From Myxococcota bacterium (lineage in GTDB: Bacteria > Myxococcota_A > UBA796 > CAJQPC01): a stretch of DNA of 64,000 nucleotides. A model generated the notes under the pieces. It did no database searches, was not told where the DNA came from, and saw only the letters and a list, made by a program, of their open reading frames with translations. The stretch spans positions 608 through 64,607 of the forward strand of contig JAKLKE010000005.1 of assembly GCA_023150775.1 (NCBI GenBank), given 5' to 3'. Made by a program: the position numbers and the translations under genes. This document shows, piece by piece, positions 43,017 to 51,527 of the stretch (positions within the stretch are counted from its first letter, which is position 1; the number at the start of each line of letters is the position of its first letter).

Positions 43017-44608
43017 GCAGCCAGGAACGCTGGGACGTCGTGCTGAGGGTCTTAAGCGGCCCTCTGGAGCTTGAGGGCGACATCGTCTGTCGCGGGCCCG
43101 TGGTGCGTATGGGCGCCCGGCCTGGCCCTGGCGGGCTCAACCTCAAGGACTACCGCGGCTTGGATGACCGCCAGGCCGTGATCTCCGCCTATGACGGCGC
43201 CACGGTGTCTCTGGCGCCCGTCGGCACCAACCAGGTGCGTATGGCGCCGCACCCCAACGTCGATTGGGGCGAGCTCCAGCCCCTGCGAAACCCGGCCTAC
43301 CTCACCGACGGCTGCGCCTTCCACCTCGGCCCCCCGGGGCGTGGGGTGACGATTCAGTTCGTCGAGGCCCGGCGCCTGGGTGTGTGGGAGCAGAACCGCA
43401 TCCTCTCCGACGCCGCCGCGGGCAGCCCTGAAGTGCAGCCCAGCGACGTGAAGGAGCTGCGCACGAACAAAGGCATCCCGGCCTGGTTCTTGGGCGGCCT
43501 CATGTTCATCGCCATGGGCATCGCCGTGGCCGTGGTGATCCCGCTGGTGCAAGAGTACCAGAAGGGCATCACCAAGCTCGGCGCCACCGACGACGGCGAA
43601 GAGTACTACGAGGTCGTCACCGACGAGATCGTCACCGACGCGAACCTCCTCGAAGGTTTCGACCAGGCCTGGTTCGACTTTGTGCAGAAGCCCAACGCCG
43701 AGCTCGCCCGGCGCAAAGACCTCCGCGACAAAGAGAACTGGGACACCCTGCTGCTCGACTACGTCACGCGCTCGGCCCAGCAGCACATCAAGGCCCGGGT
43801 GTTCTGGGCGCGGCTGGAGGCCGTCAAGAGCGAGTACGCCTTCGTCGTCGGTGAGCTGCGCGCCGAGAAGCTGCCCGAGGTGTTCGCCGCCGTGCCGTAC
43901 CAAGAGTCCCGCTACCGCGCCGGGGCCGTGTCTCCGGTCTGCGCCACGGGCTACTGGCAGTTTATGCCAGAGGTCGGCCGCCGCGCCGGGATGCAGGTCG
44001 CCAACTGCAAGATCAAGGGCCTGACCGACCCCTGGACGCCCGACCGGGTGACGCCGCCGCCGAACGTGCTCAAGAACGCGCCTTACGTCAAAGACAACAA
44101 GTGCATCATCGACCGCTGCTCCCCCGACGAGCGCACCGACCTCGCGGCCTCGACCCGGGGCGCGATGCAGCTCTTGCGTGAGCCCCTGGAGGACCCGCTC
44201 ATCGCCGACTCCGGCGCCGCGGTGCAGATCGCCATCGCCTCGCACAACGCGGGCTACGACGACACCCGCTACGACGGCAACAAGGGCCGCCCCCGCAACC
44301 TCAAGCACGCCTACGCGAGCTGGCTCAAGACGCAGAAGCTGGAGTTTGACCCGGGCTACCTGGGCAAACAGGTGAAGTGTAAAGACGCCTCGTTCTTGGA
44401 GCAGGACGGCTGCGGCTCAACCCTCCACCGCGAGACCCAACACTACGCCTACGCGATCATCGCCCAGCACCTCCTCGCGGTCTGCTACTACGGCCAGAAC
44501 TACGCCGACATGCCCGAGTTCCGGGTCTGGAAAGACTACGCCCGGGGCGACGGCTACTGCACCCGCATCCAGATCCCGACGAGCGAGGAGGCCAAAAAAT
44601 GGATGTGA
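43013..44608 (+). CDS. FHA-like domain / TM / lytic transglycosylase (SLT family) fusion protein
   Basis: The ATG overlaps the pseudokinase stop (ATGA at 43013-43016). The N-terminal ~130 aa have a weak FHA-like pattern (VVRMGARPG...LDDRQAVIS...GTNQVRM). TM segment IPAWFLGGLMFIAMGIAVAVVIPLV. Periplasmic PYQESRYRAGAVSPVCATGYWQFMPEVG (catalytic E-S motif) and IASHNAGY motifs of SLT domains. Confidence 0.8.
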   Translation: MSSQERWDVVLRVLSGPLELEGDIVCRGPVVRMGARPGPGGLNLKDYRGLDDRQAVISAYDGATVSLAPVGTNQVRMAPHPNVDWGELQPLRNPAYLTDGCAFHLGPPGRGVTIQFVEARRLGVWEQNRILSDAAAGSPEVQPSDVKELRTNKGIPAWFLGGLMFIAMGIAVAVVIPLVQEYQKGITKLGATDDGEEYYEVVTDEIVTDANLLEGFDQAWFDFVQKPNAELARRKDLRDKENWDTLLLDYVTRSAQQHIKARVFWARLEAVKSEYAFVVGELRAEKLPEVFAAVPYQESRYRAGAVSPVCATGYWQFMPEVGRRAGMQVANCKIKGLTDPWTPDRVTPPPNVLKNAPYVKDNKCIIDRCSPDERTDLAASTRGAMQLLREPLEDPLIADSGAAVQIAIASHNAGYDDTRYDGNKGRPRNLKHAYASWLKTQKLEFDPGYLGKQVKCKDASFLEQDGCGSTLHRETQHYAYAIIAQHLLAVCYYGQNYADMPEFRVWKDYARGDGYCTRIQIPTSEEAKKWM

Positions 44609-45318
44609 ACTGGCGCCTCTTCATGGCCGGGGCGAGCCTGTTCTTGGGCATCGGCGTCAACGGCTACCTCTTGAGCGTCGAGGACATCTCCGGCGTCGAG
44701 CAGGGCTCGAAGCAGCTCATCCGCGCCGAGGATCCTCTGCGCATCAGCTACGTCGCCGCCGAGCGTGAGAACAACATGAAGACCTTCGGCCTCGACGACG
44801 CCAAGGCGAAGCAGGCCTCCAAGAAGGTTCAGGACCTCCAGGACGACTACGGCGAGCGCCTCACCGTGCTCCTGCGTGAGGCGGGCGACCCCAACCAGCT
44901 CGCCGACGCGCTCTGCGGCGAGACCCAAGACGTGCGCCCCCGCTACGGCGCCTTACGCTACATCATCAACGAAGAGAAGGGCCGCCGCCAGGTGGTCAAC
45001 CTGCGCCGGGTCTCGGGCATCGAGGCCCAAGACTGGTACCTGCTCTCGTCGGTCGGCGAGGTCTACCGCGAGGCGGAGCTCCTCGACGATCGCCAGCCAG
45101 ACGCCACGGTGATGGCCATCGCCGCGATCCTGCTCGCCAAAGAGTCTGAGCTGCTCGACCACAACGCGCCGTGGGGCCGGGGGATCGCGCTGCAGTGGTC
45201 GTGGGACAAGGTGAAAAAGGAGAACGCCGGCGTTGAGGAGCGGGTGATCGAGTACCTCGCGACGATGCACCTGCTGGTCGAGCTCGCCCAGGCTGAAGGG
45301 GGCCTGTGTGATGGATGA
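44599..45318 (+). CDS. Small membrane-anchored hypothetical protein
   Basis: 239 aa. GAGGAGG Shine-Dalgarno. The ATG overlaps the upstream gene by 10 nt. N-terminal TM LFMAGASLFLGIGVNGYLL, then a charged helical region. Confidence 0.65.
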   Translation: MDVNWRLFMAGASLFLGIGVNGYLLSVEDISGVEQGSKQLIRAEDPLRISYVAAERENNMKTFGLDDAKAKQASKKVQDLQDDYGERLTVLLREAGDPNQLADALCGETQDVRPRYGALRYIINEEKGRRQVVNLRRVSGIEAQDWYLLSSVGEVYREAELLDDRQPDATVMAIAAILLAKESELLDHNAPWGRGIALQWSWDKVKKENAGVEERVIEYLATMHLLVELAQAEGGLCDG

Positions 45319-45408
45319 GCAGCGCGTGCAGAGGTGCCGCCCCCTGGACCGGATATACTCGCCAAGCGCTCCCGCAGGCGCGGAAGTAAATCACCCTGGA
45401 GCCCCCGC

Positions 45409-47736
45409 ATGAACCCGAGGCGTCGATTTCGCTTCCTCAAGGAGCTGGCCCAGGGCGGGTTCGGGAAGGTCTACCTCGCTGAGATGGTCACCTCGGACAA
45501 CTTCTCGTCCGTCGTGGCGATCAAGGTGCTGCATGGCCAGTGGACAACCCACGAAGAGATCGCCCAGCGCGCCCGCGATGAGGCCCGCCTGCTCGGCCGC
45601 CTCCGCCACCGAAACATCGTGCGTGTGGAAGATCTCACCTCGGTCCGTGGCCAGGCCGCGGTCATCATGGAGTACCTCGAGGGCGTAGACCTCAAGTCTC
45701 TGAGCGGCTACCTCGCCTCGGTCAGCCAGCCGTTCTCGCTCCCGGCGGCCTTTGAGTGTATCCGCGCCGTCGCCTCCGCCTTAGACGCCGCCTACAACAC
45801 CGTGCCGCTCCAGGGCGGCGAGCCCCTGCGCCTCATCCACCGCGACATCAAGCCGTCCAACGTCATGTTGACCATCGACGGCGACGTAAAACTCCTGGAC
45901 TTCGGCACGGCCCGGGCCAACTTTGAGGACCGCGAGGCCAAGACCCAGGCCCTCGCCTTCGGCTCTCAAGCGTACATGGCGCCAGAGCGCCTCCTGGGCG
46001 ACCCCGACACGCCCGCGGGCGACATCTTCTCTCTGGGCGTCACCTTCTACGAGGTGCTCACCTGCCAAGCCTACGGGAAGATTCACATCCGCCCCGAACG
46101 CTATGAGCGGTCGATGCTCCAGCGCGTCGCCGAGATCGAGCTGGGCAACTTAGAGGGCGGCCTCGCCGAGCGCCTGCGCGGCATACTGCGCTCGATGTTG
46201 AGCTACGAGCCCACCGACCGCCCCAGCGCCGATCAGCTCACCGACCTGATGGAGGAGCTGCTGGAGGACACGCCGGGGATGCGGCTGAGCCGCTTCGCGA
46301 AGCAGGCCGTGCGCGCCTGCATCGACGCGAACCCCCACACGCCCTCGGACGACGACGATCTCGCGGGCTCGACGGTGTTTGAGGACCGCAGCGCCTCCTT
46401 CGACACCGAGGGTGTGGGCCCCGGCAGCGGCGACCGCACCATCCCGCCGCCCTCGGAGATGACGATCCCGCCCGACGACGGCCCCTCGTCTTCGCCCCGC
46501 AGCCGCCCGCCCAAACGGGACGCGATCCCCTTCGTGCCGCCGACCTCCTCGGGCGCGACGGTGAGCCCGCCCCCGGCCGAGCCGCGCCCCGCCTTCGAGG
46601 CGATGCCGCTCCCCCCGCCCCCGCTGGTGCCCGCCGACTCCACGTTCATCGTGCAAGAGCCGCTCAGCCATGACGCCGCCTCGGATGAGCTGCCCCCGGC
46701 GGCGCCCAGCGCCGAGGCGCCGTCGAGCGGCCCCGCTGAGGACGCCCCGGCCCAAGACGCCCCGGCCCAAGACGCCTCGGCGCTGGAGGACGCCGCCCAA
46801 GAGGAGCCCGCGCCCGCCGAGGCCCCGTCGAGCGCCGCTGACGCGCCTCCGCCCGTCGAGGCCTCCCCTGACGCCGTCCCGACCGCCCAAGACGAGCCGC
46901 TCTTCACGCCCCCGGCCGCGCCGCCGGTCGTAGACAACGAGCCGAGCCTCGGGATCGGCGCCTCCTTGGGCTTGAACGAGCCCGCCGCGCCCAAGGTCGA
47001 TCCGCCCACCGTCGTCCCGCCCAAGGTTGAGGCGCCGAAGGTTGAGGCGCCGAAGGTCACGCCGCCCAAGGTCGAGCGCCCCGCCCCGCCGGATGTGGTC
47101 GATCCGCCCGCGAACCGCGGCGGCGTCGGCAAGTGGGTGGGCCTCGCCGTCGCCTTCTTGTTGGCCATCGGCGTCGGCGTCGCGGTGACCGGCGGCGGAG
47201 ACGACCCGCCCCCGGCGCCCCCCACCGTCGCGCCCCAGACCCCCGCCGAGGTGACGACCCCGACGCCGCCCCCGGCCGAGGTCACGCCGCCACCGGCCGA
47301 GGTCACGCCGCCCCCGGCCAACCCGCCGCCCACGAACCCGACGCCGGAGACCCCGCCGACGGGCCCCAAGCCCGGCACCCCTCCGACGATCGCCCAGACG
47401 CCGAAGAACCCTGGCGTGGTCGGGCCGACCCCCACCCCGACGGTGGCGACGACGCCCTCGGCGAGCGGCGGCAACCTCGTGATGATGATCGTGCCCATCG
47501 GCGCCGGAGAGCTCAGCGTCAACAGCAGCTTCGGCTTCTCCAAAGAGTGGGACGGCAGCGGCGGGCGCCTCAAGCTCGACAACGTGCCCGCGGGCAGCTA
47601 TCGCACCAAGGTCACGCCCAAAGACGGCGGCGTGCCTCGGCGGAGCACGGTCAAGGCGGTCGCGGGCAAGACCTGCACCTTCCGCCTCGATCTGGCGAAC
47701 GACAACTCGGACTGGGAGCTGCGCGGATGCGAATGA
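45409..47736 (+). CDS. Transmembrane Hanks-type Ser/Thr protein kinase with extracytoplasmic PEGA/Ig-like domain
   Basis: LAQGGFGKVYLA, VVAIKVL, HRDIKPSNVML, DFGTAR, YMAPE and DIFSLGVTFYEVLT (complete catalytic set). TM segment VGKWVGLAVAFLLAIGVGVAV. C-terminal ...LKLDNVPAGSYRTKVTPKDG.... Confidence 0.92.
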   Translation: MNPRRRFRFLKELAQGGFGKVYLAEMVTSDNFSSVVAIKVLHGQWTTHEEIAQRARDEARLLGRLRHRNIVRVEDLTSVRGQAAVIMEYLEGVDLKSLSGYLASVSQPFSLPAAFECIRAVASALDAAYNTVPLQGGEPLRLIHRDIKPSNVMLTIDGDVKLLDFGTARANFEDREAKTQALAFGSQAYMAPERLLGDPDTPAGDIFSLGVTFYEVLTCQAYGKIHIRPERYERSMLQRVAEIELGNLEGGLAERLRGILRSMLSYEPTDRPSADQLTDLMEELLEDTPGMRLSRFAKQAVRACIDANPHTPSDDDDLAGSTVFEDRSASFDTEGVGPGSGDRTIPPPSEMTIPPDDGPSSSPRSRPPKRDAIPFVPPTSSGATVSPPPAEPRPAFEAMPLPPPPLVPADSTFIVQEPLSHDAASDELPPAAPSAEAPSSGPAEDAPAQDAPAQDASALEDAAQEEPAPAEAPSSAADAPPPVEASPDAVPTAQDEPLFTPPAAPPVVDNEPSLGIGASLGLNEPAAPKVDPPTVVPPKVEAPKVEAPKVTPPKVERPAPPDVVDPPANRGGVGKWVGLAVAFLLAIGVGVAVTGGGDDPPPAPPTVAPQTPAEVTTPTPPPAEVTPPPAEVTPPPANPPPTNPTPETPPTGPKPGTPPTIAQTPKNPGVVGPTPTPTVATTPSASGGNLVMMIVPIGAGELSVNSSFGFSKEWDGSGGRLKLDNVPAGSYRTKVTPKDGGVPRRSTVKAVAGKTCTFRLDLANDNSDWELRGCE
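47020..47079 (+). repeat. Four tandem 15-nt coding repeats (PKVEA-type)
   Basis: cccaaggttgaggcg / ccgaaggttgaggcg / ccgaaggtcacgccg / cccaaggtcgagcgc. Confidence 0.85.
47245..47316 (+). repeat. Tandem 21-nt coding repeats (AEVTPPP-type)
   Basis: gccgaggtcacgccgccaccg / gccgaggtcacgccgcccccg, preceded by a degenerate copy gccgaggtgacgaccccgacgccgcccccg. Confidence 0.8.
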
Positions 47737-48749
47737 CCCTCTCCAACCCTCTGCGGGTCCTCGGCCTCGGCTTGGGTCTCGGCCTGCTCTCCGCGCCCTC
47801 CGCTTGGGCGGGCAAGGTCGAAGATGACGTCCAGGCCGCGCTCACCGCGATCAACGACGGCGACTTTGAGCAGGCGCGTGTGCGCCTCGACGAGGCCGAA
47901 GCCGACGCCTTGATCTCCTCCTCCGTCGTGCTCAGCCAGTCCTTGGCGTCGATCTGGTTCTACCGGGGCGTGCTGGAGTACTACGACGGCGACCGCGACC
48001 AGAAGACGCTGGAGCTCTGGCGCCTCGCCTTGCTCGCCGATCTTGAGTACGCCTTCGACACCACCCTCGTCGCCGACCAAGAGCCCCAAGACCTGTTCGA
48101 GGCCCTGCGCCTTGAGGTCGGCGCGCGCACCCACGTTGAGCCCGGCGTGCGTGAAGATCGCCCCAACGTGAAGGTCTTCGTCGATGGCCGCCTGCTCAAC
48201 CAGTTTGAGCTCGTGGTCGAGGGTCGGCACCTGGTGCAGGTCCACTGCCCCGACGCCAAGCTGTACAACGAGTGGTACACCTTCGGACAGGCGCCGAACT
48301 ACTACGCGCTCTGCGAAGGCGGCACCTTGGGCGGCGGCGCCGTGGCAGACGCGGGCGGCGGAAAAGGCGGGAAAGGCGGCAAGAAGCCCGATGAGGACAA
48401 GCCGCCGAGAGAGCCCAAGGAGCCCAAAGATCCGCGCCCCGAGCGCGACATCAACATGACCCGGGTGGCGGTCATGGGCGCGGGCGGCGCGCTGTTCTTG
48501 GGCGGCGCTGTGCTCAACTTCGCCGCGGTGAACCCCACCTACGCCGAGATCGAGGCCGTGCGGGCCGCGCCCGCCACCATGAACCGCGCCGAGGCCGACG
48601 CGCTCAGCGCCCAGTTCAACATGCTGCGCTTCTCGACGATCGGGCTGCTGGGCGTCGGCGCCGCGGGGCTCGGCGTCGGGTACTTCGTGACCGACGACAC
48701 CGCGCTCTTGGTGAGCCCCGCCGGCGTCGGGCTCACGGGGCGCTTCTGA
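47727..48749 (+). CDS. Secreted PEGA-like protein with the same C-terminal anchor module as the 3838-4917 protein
   Basis: The start (ATG 47727 or 47733) overlaps the kinase stop. Signal peptide LRVLGLGLGLGLLSAPSAWA. VKVFVDGRLLNQFELVVEGRHLVQVHCPD (PEGA-like). PREPKEPKDP linker. Two Gly/Ala-rich hydrophobic segments. Terminal ...GLTGRF. Confidence 0.75.
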   Translation: MRMTLSNPLRVLGLGLGLGLLSAPSAWAGKVEDDVQAALTAINDGDFEQARVRLDEAEADALISSSVVLSQSLASIWFYRGVLEYYDGDRDQKTLELWRLALLADLEYAFDTTLVADQEPQDLFEALRLEVGARTHVEPGVREDRPNVKVFVDGRLLNQFELVVEGRHLVQVHCPDAKLYNEWYTFGQAPNYYALCEGGTLGGGAVADAGGGKGGKGGKKPDEDKPPREPKEPKDPRPERDINMTRVAVMGAGGALFLGGAVLNFAAVNPTYAEIEAVRAAPATMNRAEADALSAQFNMLRFSTIGLLGVGAAGLGVGYFVTDDTALLVSPAGVGLTGRF

Positions 48750-48773
48750 CGTCTACGCCCGAGGCGGCCCGTC

Positions 48774-49982
48774 GTGCAGCTTGACCTCGACACCCTCCCG
48801 CTGGCCCTCGCCCGCGCCATTCGTCGCGCCTTGACGGCCGCTCAAGCGGCGCGTTGGGAGGACGCGGGTGAGGCCTGGGTTGAGGCCTGTGAGCTGGCCC
48901 TCGCCGAGCGTCGCCTGGACATCGCCCGCCTCGCGGCGCTCCAGTCCGTAGACGCCTTCCGCCGCGACGACCGCCCCGCGGCGACCCTCATCGGCGTCGA
49001 GCGCGCGCTCCAGCTCAGCGAAGATCCCGTCCAGCGCGCGGGCTTGTCGGCCTATCTCATCGCCTGCCTGCTTGACGCGGGGCAGCTTCAGCTCGCCGAG
49101 CAGACCGCCCGGGAGCGCCTCGCCGCCGGGGTGCCGCCGAACATTCACGCGATCTTGCTCGACAGCCTCGCCGGGGCGCTCCTCGCCCGGGGGGATCTCA
49201 TCGGGCTCCAGGCCGTCGTTCATCAGCTTCGATCCGGCGCCGAGGGCCTGCTCGCCGAGGCGGCGCGTTTTCGTGAGGCCCAGCTCGCCCGGCTGCTTGG
49301 CCATCTGGACGAGGCCGAGCGCGGCTTTCACGACGTCGCCGAGGCCCTGGGCGACCAGCCCGCGGCGCGTGGGGCCTGCGCCGCCGCCGTCGGAGAGCTG
49401 GCGGAGCTGGCCTGGGTCTCCGGTGAGGCCGCCGAGGCGCTCACCTTGTACGACGAGGCCGCCCGGCTGTGGACCGAGGCGGGGCGGCGCGGCGGCCTGT
49501 TCTCGGTGAGCGCGGGCCGGGCCTTGGCGGCCTTGGCGGCGGGGGCGCGGCCCTTGCCCAGCGCGCTCGACGAGCCCATCGCCTACGCCGAGAGCCGGGG
49601 GATGCCCCTCTTGGAGTCCCGCGCGCGCCTCGCCCGGGCCTTGGCCCGCCACGCCGCGGGCCTCGCCGGCGCCTTGGACGACCTCAACCTGGCCCTGCGC
49701 CTCGCCGATGAGGCCCAGGCGCCGTGGCTCGCGGGCATGTCCCGGGTGCTCGCCGCCGAGGCCGGGCTGCTCTCCGGCGTCGAGGCCCTGCAGCGCGCGG
49801 TCGAGGACTGCTCGGGCAACACGCCCTGGTACGCCCGCGCCGCCTTGCTCCTCGCCGAGCGGCTCCTGGAGCAAGATCCCGTCGAGGCCGGTAAACTCGC
49901 CGCCATCGCGCTCTCTCGGTTCACGGTCATGGAGATCGAGGCCGGGGCAGAACGAGCCAGGGCGCTGCTCAGCCGGGTCTAA
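48774..49982 (+). CDS. Ala/Leu-rich helical-repeat (TPR-like) protein
   Basis: 402-aa ORF with a GTG start. GC3 bias favours this frame over the 819-aa antisense ORF. Repeated helix-pair pattern (..AEALTLYDEAARLWTEAG..). Confidence 0.6.
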   Translation: MQLDLDTLPLALARAIRRALTAAQAARWEDAGEAWVEACELALAERRLDIARLAALQSVDAFRRDDRPAATLIGVERALQLSEDPVQRAGLSAYLIACLLDAGQLQLAEQTARERLAAGVPPNIHAILLDSLAGALLARGDLIGLQAVVHQLRSGAEGLLAEAARFREAQLARLLGHLDEAERGFHDVAEALGDQPAARGACAAAVGELAELAWVSGEAAEALTLYDEAARLWTEAGRRGGLFSVSAGRALAALAAGARPLPSALDEPIAYAESRGMPLLESRARLARALARHAAGLAGALDDLNLALRLADEAQAPWLAGMSRVLAAEAGLLSGVEALQRAVEDCSGNTPWYARAALLLAERLLEQDPVEAGKLAAIALSRFTVMEIEAGAERARALLSRV

Positions 49983-50042
49983 GACCGGGCGACGGGCCTG
50001 GGGGGCGCTCAACTTGACCGGGATCAGTGTAGGATCCCCGGC

Positions 50043-51419
50043 ATGTCTGAGCTCGTCCCCGCCCCCTCCGCCCCGCCGTCCCTCTTCTCCCAGCTCGCCG
50101 GGGTCACCGCGCCCGTCGGCCGTCAGCTCTACGCCTCCGCCGGCTTCGGCCTCATGGGCGTGAAGTATGTCGTCGAGGCGGCCTTCGTCTACGCTTATAC
50201 GCAGACGCTCTATCCGCTCTACGCCTTCCTCTCGCCCCTCGCGTCGGTGCGTGTCGCCCCGGCGGGGGACGCGCCGGAGTGGCTCTTCGCGCTGTGGGCG
50301 CTGTGGACCTTGCCCTTCGCTTGGATCGGCGTGAGCATGTCCGTGCGCCGGGCCCGAGACGCGGGGCTCCCGGCCTTCTTTGGCCTGTTCTTCTTCGTGC
50401 CCTTCCTGAACTTCTTGTTCTTGCTGCTGCTCGCGGCCATGCCCAGCCGGGTGGCGCGGCCGATCACGACGCCGCTTCGGGGCGAAGATCGGGTCTTGTG
50501 GGCGGCGCTGACCGGGGTGGGCGGCGGGGCCCTGCTCGGCGTGGGCATGACGATGTTCTCGGTGTTTGTGCTCGGCGAGTATGGCAACGCGCTCTTCGTC
50601 GGCACCCCGGCGATGATGGGCATGGTGGCGGGCTTCTTGCTCAACGCCAGATCGCCCCAAGGGCTCCTGCCAAACCTCATCGTCGGCGCGCTCACCGTGG
50701 CGATCAGCGGCTCCTTGCTGCTGCTCACGGCGCTGGAGGGCATCATCTGCCTGATGATGGCCGCGCCGCTCGTGATGCCGCTGGCGCTGCTCGGCGTGTT
50801 TTTGGGCGCCGGGCTCGCCCGGGTTGAGGCCCAGCGCGCCTTGGCCGCGCCGCTCGGGGCCTTGCCGTTTCTGGGCATCGCCGAACCGCCCCCGGCCCAA
50901 GAGCGCATCGTCGAGACGACGGTGGACATCGCCGCCCCGCCCGAGGCCGTGTGGGACGCGGTCATCGGCTTCGGCGGCGTCGAGCTGCCCGAGCCCCCGG
51001 AGTGGTACTTCCACACCGGCATCGCCTACCCCATCCGCGCCCGAATCGAAGGCGACGGCGTGGGCGCGGTGCGCTACTGCGAGTTCTCCACGGGCCCCTT
51101 CGTCGAGCCGATCACCACCTGGGATCCCCCTCACCACCTCGCCTTCGACGTGCTGGAGAGCCCGCCGACGATGCACGAGTGGAGCCCCTACAACACCGTC
51201 TACGCGCCACACCTCGACGGCGTGCTCAAGAGCCGCCGGGGCGAGTTTGTGCTCACGGCCTTAGACGACGGCGGCACCCGGCTCACCGGCCGCACGGTCT
51301 ACACCTTCGACATGGCCCCGGAGCCCTTCTGGGGCCTGTGGAGCGACGCCTCGATTCACGCGATCCACCTGCGGGTGCTGCACCACATCGCCGGGGTGGT
51401 CGAGGGCGAAGCGCGCTGA
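50043..51419 (+). CDS. Fusion of a DUF805-like polytopic membrane domain with a C-terminal SRPBCC (START/polyketide-cyclase-like) domain
   Basis: WIGVSMSVRRARDAGLPAFFGLFFFVPFLNFLFLLLLAAMPS resembles the DUF805 RRxHD..SGW motif region. Several further TM segments follow. The C-terminal TVDIAAPPEAVWDAVIGF...VGAVRYCEFSTGPFVEPIT.W is typical of SRPBCC. Confidence 0.7.
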   Translation: MSELVPAPSAPPSLFSQLAGVTAPVGRQLYASAGFGLMGVKYVVEAAFVYAYTQTLYPLYAFLSPLASVRVAPAGDAPEWLFALWALWTLPFAWIGVSMSVRRARDAGLPAFFGLFFFVPFLNFLFLLLLAAMPSRVARPITTPLRGEDRVLWAALTGVGGGALLGVGMTMFSVFVLGEYGNALFVGTPAMMGMVAGFLLNARSPQGLLPNLIVGALTVAISGSLLLLTALEGIICLMMAAPLVMPLALLGVFLGAGLARVEAQRALAAPLGALPFLGIAEPPPAQERIVETTVDIAAPPEAVWDAVIGFGGVELPEPPEWYFHTGIAYPIRARIEGDGVGAVRYCEFSTGPFVEPITTWDPPHHLAFDVLESPPTMHEWSPYNTVYAPHLDGVLKSRRGEFVLTALDDGGTRLTGRTVYTFDMAPEPFWGLWSDASIHAIHLRVLHHIAGVVEGEAR

Positions 51420-51527
51420 GGTCGTAACCCAAGCCCGCCCCTGTCAGCCGCCGCCGGCCCAAAGCGCCGCCCTTGACCCCGCCAGGGCCCTCCGCGCCTT
51501 GGCATAGACCTTGCGAAGCGCGGGGCC

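Noticed and set aside
48753-51212. 819-aa minus ORF, the longest in the track
   Set aside because: It spans two + strand genes with good GC3 bias, including a recognisable DUF805/SRPBCC protein, and crosses an intergenic gap. The translation is an Arg/Gly/Glu/His-rich shadow frame.
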